In this document: piece after piece, positions 1 to 10,429 of the stretch
Layout: every line of letters begins with the position of its first letter
Numbering within the stretch: the first letter of the stretch is position 1
Origin: Candidatus Altimarinota bacterium
GTDB taxonomy: Bacteria > Patescibacteriota > Gracilibacteria > UBA1369
Reading direction: 5' to 3'
Assembly (NCBI GenBank): GCA_041659405.1
Contig: JBAZYK010000001.1
Span: 203,047-235,046, forward strand
DNA: 32,000 nt
Program-made: the position numbers and the translations under genes
Notes under the pieces: generated by a model
What the model was told of the DNA's origin: nothing
Databases searched by the model: none
The model's input: only the letters and a program-made list of their open reading frames with translations

Positions 1-2275
1 TTTTCTTTTGGCGCTAACTTTTGAGCCGCCATCATCAACAAATAAAAATAATGGCGAGGGCACTTTTGGCCTTGCCTATGCCGATATTTCAACCGGAGAA
101 TTGCGTGTAACCGAGCTTCATAATCTGCAGGATGTTCAGACTGAACTGGAAAGAATTCATCCAAAAGAAGCTCTGATTCCTGCCGATCTTTTGAATGAAT
201 CTTTCTTTAAATCAATCAATCAGTCACAACTGCAAACTTTCTTTTTTACGACTGAATGCCCACCGGATAGTGAACAATTTTTGAAAAACTTTTTGGAGGT
301 TAAAGATTTGAATGGCTTTGGTTTGGAAGGTCAAATTGTGGCTATTAAAGCCGCTGCGCTGATTTTGAATTATCTTCAGGAAACGCAAAAAACGAGCTTG
401 AAACATATTCAAGGACTGCAAACTTATCAGCTTTCGGAGTTTATGCCGATTGATGAGAGCACTTTAAAGAATTTGGAAATTACTTCTACGCTGCGTGAAA
501 ATAAATTGGAAGGATCACTGTTATGGGTTTTGGACAGGACAATAACCTCTATGGGAGGCCGTGCTTTGCGGTATGCCCTGACTCACCCGCTGCTGGATGC
601 GGAAAAAATTCAGGAACGGCTGGATGCGGTTGATGATCTTTTCCAAAATGCTTCGATCCTGGACGATTTAAGAGAGGTTTTAAAGCAGGTTTTGGACTTT
701 GAACGACTACTGGCCCGTTTAAGTTTGGGCCACGGTAATGCGCGCGATTTATTGGGTTTAAAAGTGTCGCTTAAAAGTATTCCGTATGTTCAGAGCATTT
801 TAATGGGTTTGCATGCTCCACTTTTAAAACAAATTTTGGGTAATCTGGATGCGCTGCCCGATTTGGTTGAGCTTATTGAGAAAGCCATTATTGATGAACC
901 ACCATTGGCGATTCGTGAAGGTGGCATGATTAAAGATGGCTATAATGCTGAACTTGATAAGATCAAAAAAATCAGCCGCGATGGCAAGGGTTTTATTCAG
1001 GCTCTTCAGGAAAAAGAAATCGAACGCACCGGAATAAATTCGCTAAAAATTCGTTATAACAGTGTTTTTGGATATTATATTGAAATCAGTAAAACCAATC
1101 TGCATGCGGTTCCCACCGATTATACCCGCAAACAGACTTTGGTTAATGCTGAACGTTTTATCACTCCGGAATTGAAAGAATATGAAGAAAAAGTTTTAGG
1201 GGCCGAAGAAAAGATTGTGGCGATGGAGTATGAAATTTTTAATGCGCTGCGAATGCGTGTGGTAGAGGAAATTGGACGAATTCAAAAGTTGGCTAAAGGA
1301 ATTGCGGCCTTGGATATGCTGGGTTCTTTTGCCAGAGTTGCAGTTGATAATTGTTATTGCAAGCCGGTGATTACCCGGTTGACTAGTCAATTGAATATCC
1401 ATATTCAATCCGGTCGGCATCCGGTAGTGGAAAAAATGACTTTTGCTTCACGTTTTGTGCCAAATGATGTGCTGCTTGATTCAGGAGAAAATCAACTTTT
1501 GCTGATTACCGGCCCGAATATGGGCGGTAAATCGACCTATTTACGTCAGGTTGCGCTTATTACTTTGATGGCTCACATAGGCAGTTTTGTGCCTGCGGCA
1601 AAGGCTGAAATCGGATTGGTTGATCGTATTTTCACTCGCGTTGGGGCTTCCGATAATTTGATGCGAGGACAAAGTACATTTATGGTGGAAATGCAGGAAA
1701 CGGCTTACATTCTGCATAATGCCACTGCTAAAAGTTTGATTATTTTGGATGAAATCGGACGTGGAACTTCAACTTATGATGGCATGAGTATCGCCTGGGC
1801 AATTACGGAATTTATTCATGATAAAATTGGTGCGAAAACTTTATTTGCTACGCATTATCATGAGCTGATTGCGCTGGCGGAAAAGCTGCCACATGCGGAA
1901 AACTATTGTGTAGCCGTTAAAGAAAATGAAGAAGATGGTGTGGTCTTTTTGTATAAAATTGTTAAAGGTGGAGTGGATAGAAGTTATGGAATTGAAGTGG
2001 CAAAATTGGCCGGATTACCTGCTGAAGTGGTTGGCAAAGCACGTCAAATTTTGGCAGATTTGGAAGAAGGAGTTTTAGAAGCTGGAATTCAAAAAGAGCT
2101 TACGGATGCGAGCAAACGAGTTGCCCCGGGACAAACTGAAATTTTTGAACAGGGGCGAATTCATCAGGAAATCAAACCAAATCCGGCCATTGAAGAACTC
2201 AAAAAACTGGACCTTAATTCAATGACGCCGATTGAGGCGTTGAATGCATTGGCAGCCCTAAAAAAGAATTTCTAA
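1..2275 (+). CDS. mutS: DNA mismatch repair protein MutS, 5'-truncated by the window edge (N-terminal mismatch-binding domain missing)
   Basis: The ORF is open to the window start, and the TTG at position 8 is not a real start. MutS ABC-ATPase motifs are present: GPNMGGKSTYLRQ (Walker A), LDEIGRGTSTYDG and FATHYHEL. mutL follows directly. Confidence 0.95.
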   Translation, partial: FLLALTFEPPSSTNKNNGEGTFGLAYADISTGELRVTELHNLQDVQTELERIHPKEALIPADLLNESFFKSINQSQLQTFFFTTECPPDSEQFLKNFLEVKDLNGFGLEGQIVAIKAAALILNYLQETQKTSLKHIQGLQTYQLSEFMPIDESTLKNLEITSTLRENKLEGSLLWVLDRTITSMGGRALRYALTHPLLDAEKIQERLDAVDDLFQNASILDDLREVLKQVLDFERLLARLSLGHGNARDLLGLKVSLKSIPYVQSILMGLHAPLLKQILGNLDALPDLVELIEKAIIDEPPLAIREGGMIKDGYNAELDKIKKISRDGKGFIQALQEKEIERTGINSLKIRYNSVFGYYIEISKTNLHAVPTDYTRKQTLVNAERFITPELKEYEEKVLGAEEKIVAMEYEIFNALRMRVVEEIGRIQKLAKGIAALDMLGSFARVAVDNCYCKPVITRLTSQLNIHIQSGRHPVVEKMTFASRFVPNDVLLDSGENQLLLITGPNMGGKSTYLRQVALITLMAHIGSFVPAAKAEIGLVDRIFTRVGASDNLMRGQSTFMVEMQETAYILHNATAKSLIILDEIGRGTSTYDGMSIAWAITEFIHDKIGAKTLFATHYHELIALAEKLPHAENYCVAVKENEEDGVVFLYKIVKGGVDRSYGIEVAKLAGLPAEVVGKARQILADLEEGVLEAGIQKELTDASKRVAPGQTEIFEQGRIHQEIKPNPAIEELKKLDLNSMTPIEALNALAALKKNF

Positions 2276-2285
2276 ATTTTATTTT

Positions 2286-4187
2286 ATGTCTAAAATCCAA
2301 GTCCTTCCAGATTTTTTGATTAACCAGATCGCTGCGGGTGAAGTTGTGGAGCGGCCTGCTTCGGTTGTGAAGGAGCTTGTGGAAAACTCTTTGGATGCCG
2401 GTGCGACTTCCGTTACTGTTGAAGTTGATGGCGGTGGAGATACTCTGCTACGCATTACAGATAATGGCTATGGCATGGATCAGGATGATGCACTTTTGGC
2501 TTTTGAAAGGCATGCGACCAGCAAAATTTCCACTCAAGATGACTTGGTGAATATTCATACACTTGGTTTTAGAGGTGAAGCTTTGGCTTCAATTGCTTCT
2601 GTTTCTTCGATGACTTTGCAGACCAAAAAAAAGGGTGCCATGGAAGGAACTATCGTAATTTGCGAAGGTGGCGAAATGAAAAAATTGAAACCGGCGGGAA
2701 TGCCTGAGGGAACCCAAATTGAAATCAAACAACTTTTTTTTAATACTCCTGCGCGCAAGAAATATTTAAAAAATACGGTCACGGAATACAATCATATTTT
2801 TAATACGATTACCGGATTGGCTTTGGCTTTTCCGCAAGTCGCTTTTAAACTGATTCATGATGAAAAGATCGTGCTTGATTTGCCGGCTACGGAAGACCAT
2901 TTTTCAAGGATCAGAAATTTAATGGGACGAACGATTGCCGATGAATTGATTCCGGTTTTTTATGGTCATTCGCAGCTTCATCTGGAAGGTTTTATTGGCA
3001 AACCGCTGATTGCCCGCGCGAATCGCAATGCCCAATATTTATTTGTGAATAATCGCGAAGTAAAATCGCATGTTTTGTCTTATTCCGTAAAGGAAAGTTA
3101 TTATTCGCTTCTGCCAAAGGAAAAATATCCGGTGTTCTTTTTGTTTTATCATTTGGATCCGGAATTGGTTGATGTAAACGTTCATCCACGCAAAAGTGAA
3201 GTGCGTTTCCGTGATGAAAGAGAGATTTTTCGCATTACTTCTCAGGCCTGCCATAAGTCTTTGGAAACGCATATCTTGGCACCACAAATCAATTCCAATG
3301 GACCGGTAAATTATTACCAGGAACGTTCTCCGCAGCCATTAAAAATGATGGATAGTGGTAATTCCGTTGTTGGTTCCGGAAATGGTTTAGGGCTTAGATC
3401 TCCGCAACTTGTGCAGGTCGCACTGGATTTTACAAAAGATTTCAGTGCCGGATTGAACAATAAAACTGGTTTTCAAAATGGAACAGGCGTGCTGCAAAAC
3501 GATAATGCTCAAGAAAATCTGCCTGGTTCGGAAATGCGCAAAGGCGCTGTAAATGAACAAAATTCTACTGTCGGCGAACATAATGAACTGGAAAGAGCAC
3601 ACAGTGAAGAGCTGATTCCGCTGGGGCAATTGGCTTTATCATATATTCTTTGCCAACAGGGAAAAGCTTTGGTGATTGTTGATCAACATGCCGCTCATGA
3701 ACGCATCAGGTACACGGAAATTCTGGAAGATTTTGCAAAGCAGATTAGGGCTTCGCAGCCGCTTTTAACGCCACTTACTTTTGAGCTTTCGCAAAAAGAA
3801 TGCGCCATTATTCAAGAAAATAATGAAATTTTAGAAGGCCTTGGTTTTGAAATAGAGCCATTTGGAGGAAACACTTTTGTGCTCCATTCTGTCCCGAATT
3901 TTATGGTTCAGGAAGATATTCAAAAAACACTTTTGGGACTGATTGATGATCTGGGTAGTCAAAGTCAAAAAGGTGACTTCCTTAAGCGCAAAGAAAAGTC
4001 TTTGATTTATATGGCTTGTCGTTCCGCCAGAAAATTTGGAGACGTATTGTCTGCATCGGAACAAAAAGAACTGGTGAAAAAGCTGATGACTTTGGCGTTT
4101 CCATACACTTGCCCACACGGAAGACCAACCATGGTAATCATGAGCGAAGGAGAGCTTCTAAAGCGCTTTGGCAGGGATTACAGCTAA
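2286..4187 (+). CDS. mutL: DNA mismatch repair endonuclease MutL
   Basis: The N-terminal GHKL ATPase motifs are present (IAAGEVVERPASVVKELVENSLDAGAT, DNGYGM). The C-terminal endonuclease motif DQHAAHERIRYE and CPHGRP are typical of MutH-independent MutL. Confidence 0.95.
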   Translation: MSKIQVLPDFLINQIAAGEVVERPASVVKELVENSLDAGATSVTVEVDGGGDTLLRITDNGYGMDQDDALLAFERHATSKISTQDDLVNIHTLGFRGEALASIASVSSMTLQTKKKGAMEGTIVICEGGEMKKLKPAGMPEGTQIEIKQLFFNTPARKKYLKNTVTEYNHIFNTITGLALAFPQVAFKLIHDEKIVLDLPATEDHFSRIRNLMGRTIADELIPVFYGHSQLHLEGFIGKPLIARANRNAQYLFVNNREVKSHVLSYSVKESYYSLLPKEKYPVFFLFYHLDPELVDVNVHPRKSEVRFRDEREIFRITSQACHKSLETHILAPQINSNGPVNYYQERSPQPLKMMDSGNSVVGSGNGLGLRSPQLVQVALDFTKDFSAGLNNKTGFQNGTGVLQNDNAQENLPGSEMRKGAVNEQNSTVGEHNELERAHSEELIPLGQLALSYILCQQGKALVIVDQHAAHERIRYTEILEDFAKQIRASQPLLTPLTFELSQKECAIIQENNEILEGLGFEIEPFGGNTFVLHSVPNFMVQEDIQKTLLGLIDDLGSQSQKGDFLKRKEKSLIYMACRSARKFGDVLSASEQKELVKKLMTLAFPYTCPHGRPTMVIMSEGELLKRFGRDYS

Positions 4188-4189
4188 TA

Positions 4190-6358
4190 CTACTTTCCAA
4201 TTAAAGCCGCAAAATAAAGATCTTGGTTTAGATCGCCGGTGAATTGGAGTTGTCCACTTTCATCTTTTGGTAAATTTTCCGGATATTTTTTATAAATACT
4301 TATTCCCGGTTTAAATATGACTCTTTTTTTAAGGCTGCTAATAACTATGCCTGGTTGTTTTTGAATAAAAATGCGATATGCGTCAGCCGTAGCCAACTTT
4401 AAACGATTGGGCAATTTGTAGCTTAAACTAAAGGTTTTAGGATACTCAGCATTAACATTCATTTCAAACATGAAATAAGTTTTTTGAATTTCCTCGTCAA
4501 ATTTGGTTTCGATTTTGCTTTGATCTATGCCATCGGCGCTTAATAAAACGCTATCTTTTGGAACATAAACTTTGATGAACGATTTATTTTTTCCTCCGCC
4601 AAGAATGAATTTTAATGTTGGAGAAAGATCATTATCAAAACCAAAGGATTTAATGGTTTTCTTGATCTTCTGAAGCGCTTCCAGATTCCAGGTATCGGTG
4701 CGGGAAATCGTTAGATTATCAACAATATTGCCGTCCAGATCCACAAAAGTATCGTGCTGAAGATTTTGTTTAATATAAAGATCGCTCTTATTTCCACCAA
4801 TAGAAGTTGTGATTACATTCAGATAATCATCGGTTGGTTGAATTTGGGTAACACGACCGCTTAAATATAAATCATCAAATAATTTTTGAATTTCACTATC
4901 ACGTGAATACAGCAAAATGCTTTTCTCTTTAAGGCCTTTCACGAAGGCTGCAAGTGTTTTTCCGAAGGTTTCATTTTTGAAAAGTTTATCTTTAAATGCG
5001 GGAATAAATTCACGAAGGATTTTTTTTGGATCCTGCGCGCCACTTAATTTTGACTCAATCATGTAAGAAAGAATGGTCTGATAATTGTCTTTGGTTAGCG
5101 CTGCATTCAGGCCATCAAGCGTGATCGGGCCGGTGATATCAAAAAGATCAGCCAAAAAATGTTGGTTGATTGCTATGACGGAATCCACACTTGGCCCTTT
5201 TTCTTTCTGTAAAAACCAGGCCGCTTTCTCGGCTGAAATCGCAAAATCAGGGGAATAATTGGAATCACGCAAGCGCCAGTTTTTGCTTATCCTGGCTATA
5301 TCTTCCGGCGCGGGAATGTCTTCCTGAAGCTGTCCATCGGATTCATAGACATCATGAAAATCCATTTTTGTCAGATAGCCATCATTAAAATCGGCGATTA
5401 TATAACTGCCGATAAATCCGCCGGTTGGACGAGATTCGGTATCATTCTGCAACAAAATTAAATAACGATGAGGATAACGGTCTCCTAAAAGTTTTAGGAA
5501 TACCGGAATTCTTTCCTGAAAAGATTGAACAATTTGGAGAAGCGCAGCCACTTTATTTTTGCCATCCTGGAATTTAGCTTCATACTGCGGTGGCAAAACT
5601 TTTGGGTCAACCAGCACAAGATTATCGTTGGCTATTTCAAGCTCCTGACTGGCTTTATCAAGAAAACTTAAATCCTGACGAAGCTTGGTGGTAAGCAGAA
5701 TTTTAGGTTGAGCCGAATCTTGAGCGACACTCGTGGTGGTTTGATTTTCCTTAAGAATAAGCTCCGGTAACTGTTTAATATTTTCAATACCTTTGGCAAA
5801 ATCTTTTCCCGCTTCGGATACATTTTTGCCTGCCTGCAATATTCCCTCAACCGTTTGCACCGTTTTTTCCTGGGAGAAAAACAGGTTTTGATTTGAACTT
5901 AAAAAATTGATGTTTTTAAGAGCGGCCTGAAAATTGGTACTCGCTTTATCAAAGTTATCATTGGCGGCGTTAAAATTAACGTTTTTGGCGTCTACGCCGG
6001 CATTTTGAATCTGCTGATAACCCGCAGCAGCCGAAGCAATAATATTATCTTTTATAACAAGTCCACGTTGATAAATATTAATTCCATTTAGCGCAAACAG
6101 GATTAAAATTCCGCAGGCAACCAAACGGGTAAGTTCGGAAACTTTGTCGTAAATTTGATTTTTTCCGTTATCAACTTTGTAGGAAAAACTTTTTTTAGAT
6201 TTGGATTCACAAGTCTGTGTAATAACCGATTTTCCTTTATTTGAAGCCGAAAGGTCCAGTACGTTCTTTTGTTCTTGAGGCACATGAAGATCATGATCTT
6301 TGATTGTGATCAAAAAAGAACCTTTGCTTTGAATGTCGCGCAGTATTTTGTTCTTCAT
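4190..6358 (-). CDS. Membrane-anchored DUF4012-family protein (function unknown)
   Basis: This is a 722-aa ORF with a single N-terminal TM helix (LVACGILILFALNGINIY). The conserved block RYLILLQNDTESRPTGGFIGSY matches what I recall as the DUF4012 signature. It lies 12 nt downstream of the preceding minus-strand gene, which looks like an operon. Confidence 0.75.
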   Translation of the reverse strand: MKNKILRDIQSKGSFLITIKDHDLHVPQEQKNVLDLSASNKGKSVITQTCESKSKKSFSYKVDNGKNQIYDKVSELTRLVACGILILFALNGINIYQRGLVIKDNIIASAAAGYQQIQNAGVDAKNVNFNAANDNFDKASTNFQAALKNINFLSSNQNLFFSQEKTVQTVEGILQAGKNVSEAGKDFAKGIENIKQLPELILKENQTTTSVAQDSAQPKILLTTKLRQDLSFLDKASQELEIANDNLVLVDPKVLPPQYEAKFQDGKNKVAALLQIVQSFQERIPVFLKLLGDRYPHRYLILLQNDTESRPTGGFIGSYIIADFNDGYLTKMDFHDVYESDGQLQEDIPAPEDIARISKNWRLRDSNYSPDFAISAEKAAWFLQKEKGPSVDSVIAINQHFLADLFDITGPITLDGLNAALTKDNYQTILSYMIESKLSGAQDPKKILREFIPAFKDKLFKNETFGKTLAAFVKGLKEKSILLYSRDSEIQKLFDDLYLSGRVTQIQPTDDYLNVITTSIGGNKSDLYIKQNLQHDTFVDLDGNIVDNLTISRTDTWNLEALQKIKKTIKSFGFDNDLSPTLKFILGGGKNKSFIKVYVPKDSVLLSADGIDQSKIETKFDEEIQKTYFMFEMNVNAEYPKTFSLSYKLPNRLKLATADAYRIFIQKQPGIVISSLKKRVIFKPGISIYKKYPENLPKDESGQLQFTGDLNQDLYFAALIGK

Positions 6359-6370
6359 GGTTGATTTGCC

Positions 6371-8275
6371 TTACAACACCTTTATCAGGTAAAGATCCGC
6401 TATTCCATCATCAAAGAAATTTTTGGCAGAACTAATGGTGCCAAATGGCGCCAAATAAGTGCTAAGAACTTTGTTATTGTTCAATCCAAATGCCGCAAAA
6501 ATCGCACCTAAATTAAGTTCATTAATTTGATCAGCGGTACGCGCAATCGGCTGGATTGTGTCTTTATAAAGCGCGCTGTTTTTAAGGTTGGTCTTTTTGC
6601 TACCAAGACTGCGATCAATACTTTGCTGTAAAGATTCAAGGCTTGTACTAACCGCTAAAACATTTCCCAAAGCCGTGTAATGAATCCCGAAGCCTTTATC
6701 GCCAATGGCCAAAGAACTTATATTAACGCCGTTATAAACACTATCTGAACGGGTAATTTGTTCCGGGCTGGCTACGATTTCTTGGCCTTTTGTGCCATCT
6801 GGCAGCGTTACATCCTGTATTTTTGGTTCAAAAATAGCGCTCATCTTTACAAACGCATTGACGATTTTTTCAACACGAAGTAAATCGGAATTCTTATCGT
6901 TTAATTCCAGGTAAAAATTAACTTCCGGTTGCTCAAAACTCTTTTGAGCGGTAACAAGATATTCACCTTTTAATAATGGGAAAATATCATCCGTAAGTGA
7001 AATATCTTTACCCAAATATTTTTCTTTCTGGTATTCAAGCAGGCCCTGAACGATCACTGCATTTGCCTTTGTACCGGCCTTAAACAGGTCTTCCATGCGG
7101 CTGAGTTCTTTGTTTATATCATGGCCTCCCATAATCATTATTGGATTTTCGGCAGCGAGTTCCAAAAGTTTTCCCGCGTATTTATCGCTGTAAGTTAGGT
7201 AGGTATTTCCGTTCAATTCGGCGCGATTAATACTGCTGAAAGTCTGGATATGGAATTCTTTATTTTCCGCGAAGACGGTCATTCCGGCAGCGGAGAAAAT
7301 CTTTAGAAATGGCTGCAGATTGTTAAAATCCTGAATCTTTCTACTCATGAAAACCGGATTTTTAAGAAGTACCTCGAAAAATTTAGGAATGTTTACGTAT
7401 CCAAAAGCAAGCCCATTGGATGGAAGATTGTTTGCCACTTTTCGATAATTAACCTCATCGGCAAGGTTCAAATTTGAATTACTTTTTTCATTAATAAAAT
7501 CTTTAAGAAGGTCGTAACCGGAAGTCAGGACCAGATATTTATTAAAGAAAGTAAAGCTGATGGTTTGGCTGTTTTTGTAATGATAAAGCGTATAACCGCG
7601 AAGATTTTCCTGAAGAAGTTCGTCTCCGGATTGCTGCATTAAGCGAGTTTTGAAAAAACCAATAGCTGCATTTGCGTCCTTAACTTCCACCATTAAAACC
7701 GGATTTAATTTGCCGTCCGGAGTGCTGGATTTAACCATAACAAAGCCGGCTTTGCGGCCAATCCATGGCGAAATATTTTGGTAAGTTGCCGGCAAAACTA
7801 CATTTAAAAGTCCAATCAGTTCCGCCTTCCGGTACAGAGGATAATTTGCGAGTGCCTTATAAAATTGCTGAACCTGACTTGAGTCGCCATCAATATTGAC
7901 CTCCAACAAGCCAACTGTCGCATCTGCAGGTAATAATTCGGCTAAGGGTTGAGCTCTAAATATTTTTTGAAAAATCAGAACACTTACAAAAACCAGCCCG
8001 CAAATTGAAATCACCAACAAAACCGCACCTTTTATTTTTCGACTATTCTCGGGGGTAAGCTTTGCTTTTTTTTCAGGGGTGGCGGTAGCTTCAAGCTGTG
8101 ATACAAGCTCGCTCATTGTGGTTGTCTCTTCCGCTTTTTGATCCAGCTCTTTCTTCTTTGGCTTAATTTTCTTAAGCAGTTTTTTAAATTTCCCATTTTT
8201 TGGCTTCTCCTGTTCAATCATTGTTTCATTTTTTTTGGTTGAAGCTACGGTCTTTTTTTTGCTTTTTTTTCCCAT
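6371..8275 (-). CDS. Membrane-anchored hypothetical protein with a Lys-rich N-terminus and a large extracytoplasmic domain (possibly DUF3352-like; family not confirmed)
   Basis: This is a 634-aa ORF with a Lys-rich cytoplasmic tail and one TM helix (GAVLLVISICGLVFVSVLIF). I recognise no catalytic motifs. It appears to be co-transcribed with the DUF4012 gene. Confidence 0.7.
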   Translation of the reverse strand: MGKKSKKKTVASTKKNETMIEQEKPKNGKFKKLLKKIKPKKKELDQKAEETTTMSELVSQLEATATPEKKAKLTPENSRKIKGAVLLVISICGLVFVSVLIFQKIFRAQPLAELLPADATVGLLEVNIDGDSSQVQQFYKALANYPLYRKAELIGLLNVVLPATYQNISPWIGRKAGFVMVKSSTPDGKLNPVLMVEVKDANAAIGFFKTRLMQQSGDELLQENLRGYTLYHYKNSQTISFTFFNKYLVLTSGYDLLKDFINEKSNSNLNLADEVNYRKVANNLPSNGLAFGYVNIPKFFEVLLKNPVFMSRKIQDFNNLQPFLKIFSAAGMTVFAENKEFHIQTFSSINRAELNGNTYLTYSDKYAGKLLELAAENPIMIMGGHDINKELSRMEDLFKAGTKANAVIVQGLLEYQKEKYLGKDISLTDDIFPLLKGEYLVTAQKSFEQPEVNFYLELNDKNSDLLRVEKIVNAFVKMSAIFEPKIQDVTLPDGTKGQEIVASPEQITRSDSVYNGVNISSLAIGDKGFGIHYTALGNVLAVSTSLESLQQSIDRSLGSKKTNLKNSALYKDTIQPIARTADQINELNLGAIFAAFGLNNNKVLSTYLAPFGTISSAKNFFDDGIADLYLIKVL

Positions 8276-8453
8276 ACTAGAAAATTAAATTAAATGAGCT
8301 CGCGTCGCTTGCGATAGTAAAACGCACTTCGCGCGCGATAGAAAATTAGTCCAGATTAGTATCGCAGAATTCATTTTAAAGTTCAATTAAAATCTATTGG
8401 CGATATAAAGGAATCTGCTATAATTCAACACCGAAAACCCATTACATTTTTTT

Positions 8454-10427
8454 ATGCTTGCAAAAGACCTTCGAAGACGATTTATAGACTTCTTTGTCCA
8501 GAAACACGGACATGCGGAAATCAAGAGTGCCTCGGTCATTCCGGAAAATGATCCAACGGTTTTGTTTACCACTGCCGGGATGCATCCACTTGTGCCTTAT
8601 TTAATGGGCGAACCTCATCCGGCCGGAAAACGTCTGGTTGATGTACAAAAATCCATTCGCACTGATGATATTGATGAAGTGGGAGATGCCACACATTGCA
8701 CGTTTTTTGAGATGCTTGGGAACTGGTCATTGGGTGATTATTTCAAGAAAGAAGCAATTAAATGGAGTTATGAACTTTTGACATCGGCTTTGAATGAAGG
8801 CGGCCTGGGGCTCGATCCAAAGCGCTTAATGGTGACATGTTTTGCCGGTGACAATGACGCGCCAATAGATAATGAAGCCGCTGATGTTTGGAAAAGTTTG
8901 GGTTTTAAAAGCTTTGAAGATGCTACCAAGGATGATCACCAATTGATTTTCTTTTACGAAAAAAAGAAAAACTGGTGGGGTCCTGCAGGTCAAACCGGTC
9001 CATGCGGCCCGGATACTGAAATGTTTTATGATACTTGTCCGGAACTTCCCTGGGCTTCACACAAGCCCGGTGCATCTGAAGAATTAATCAATAAATATCC
9101 ATTGAAAAATGGAGCTCACTCCGCTCGCACTAATGATGATGGGCACTCCGTGCCTGGTTGTCATGCCAACTGTGAATGTGGGCGTTATATTGAAATTTGG
9201 AATGATGTGTTCATGCAATACAATAAAAAGGCTGATGGAACTTTTGAACCTTTGAAACAGCAAAACGTGGATACAGGCATGGGTTTAGAGCGTGTAGCTG
9301 CCATTTTACAAGGCAAGCCCACTCACTATGAAACTGAACTTTTCGCACCGGTGATGGAAAGAATTGCTGAACTGGCTGTGGGAGAAAAGAGTGGAACTGA
9401 TGAAGAACAAATTATTTCCGGACGTATTATTGCTGATCATTTGCGTGCTTCAACTTTTATTTTGGGGGATCCAATGAGTGTTTTTCCTTCCAATAAAGAT
9501 CAGGGATATATCCTGCGCAGATTGATTCGCCGGGCGATTCGTCATGCTAAAAAACTTGGTATTCACACTAATTTTACGGCGGAGATTGGTAAAATTCTTG
9601 TAGATAATTATGGTGATGTTTATCCCGAGCTTCTAACAAATGAAGCCCGCATAATTGATGAACTTAACAAAGAAGAAATTAAATTCCAAAAAACGCTTGA
9701 ACAGGGGCTTCGTGAAATGCGCAAAATCTGGAAGATGGATGATCTAAATGAATGCCACAAAGAAATTGCGGTTACTCATGGAGATAAGGCGTTTTATGTT
9801 TTTGAAACTTATGGTTTCCCAATTGAAATGATTGAAGAGGAGCTGACAAAAAACGGCTTTCAGATTGAGAAAAGTGAATTCAGAAATAAATTTGATGAGG
9901 CGCAAAAAGCCCATCAGGAAAAATCCCGTTCGGGAAGTGAACAAAAATTTGCCGGTGGATTGGCTGATAATAGCGCTGAATGCACGATGCTTCACACCGC
10001 TACTCACCTGCTTCATAAAGCTTTGAAAATTGTACTTGGTGATGAAGTGAACCAGAAGGGCTCAAACATTACCAAAGAACGTTTGCGTTTTGACTTTAAT
10101 TACGGCCAAAAAATGACTCCGGAACAGGTTAAAAAAGTTGAAGATATTGTGAACGAACAAATTCAACGCGACTTGCCTGTAAGTTTTGAAATTGTCACTG
10201 TGCCCGAGGCAAAAAGCAAAGGTGCGGTAGGGCTTTTTGAAGACAAATATGGCGACAAAGTTAAGGCTTACCACATGGGAGATTTCAGTTATGAAATTTG
10301 CGGAGGGCCCCATGCTCCGCACACCGGCGTTTTGAAGCGCTTTAAGATTCTAAAGGAAGAAGCTTGTTCAGCTGGAATTAGACGCATTAAAGCCGGAGTT
10401 GTGGGCGCGGGAATCAGTGCCGACTGA
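8454..10427 (+). CDS. alaS: Alanine--tRNA ligase, short form ending after the editing domain (no C-Ala/DHHA1-like C-terminal domain)
   Basis: The N-terminus is FTTAGMHPLVPY...FFEMLGNWSLGDYFK, followed by GPCGPDTEMFYD and IEIWNDVFMQYN. Editing-domain motifs HTATHLLHKAL and CGGPH are present. The ORF stops at 657 aa, shortly after the CGGPH motif. Confidence 0.93.
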   Translation: MLAKDLRRRFIDFFVQKHGHAEIKSASVIPENDPTVLFTTAGMHPLVPYLMGEPHPAGKRLVDVQKSIRTDDIDEVGDATHCTFFEMLGNWSLGDYFKKEAIKWSYELLTSALNEGGLGLDPKRLMVTCFAGDNDAPIDNEAADVWKSLGFKSFEDATKDDHQLIFFYEKKKNWWGPAGQTGPCGPDTEMFYDTCPELPWASHKPGASEELINKYPLKNGAHSARTNDDGHSVPGCHANCECGRYIEIWNDVFMQYNKKADGTFEPLKQQNVDTGMGLERVAAILQGKPTHYETELFAPVMERIAELAVGEKSGTDEEQIISGRIIADHLRASTFILGDPMSVFPSNKDQGYILRRLIRRAIRHAKKLGIHTNFTAEIGKILVDNYGDVYPELLTNEARIIDELNKEEIKFQKTLEQGLREMRKIWKMDDLNECHKEIAVTHGDKAFYVFETYGFPIEMIEEELTKNGFQIEKSEFRNKFDEAQKAHQEKSRSGSEQKFAGGLADNSAECTMLHTATHLLHKALKIVLGDEVNQKGSNITKERLRFDFNYGQKMTPEQVKKVEDIVNEQIQRDLPVSFEIVTVPEAKSKGAVGLFEDKYGDKVKAYHMGDFSYEICGGPHAPHTGVLKRFKILKEEACSAGIRRIKAGVVGAGISAD

Positions 10428-10429
10428 TC

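Noticed and set aside
224-4204. Short ORFs (60-95 aa) overlapping mutS and mutL on either strand
   Set aside because: They are fully embedded in strongly supported genes and have no motifs. They are typical frame-shadow ORFs.
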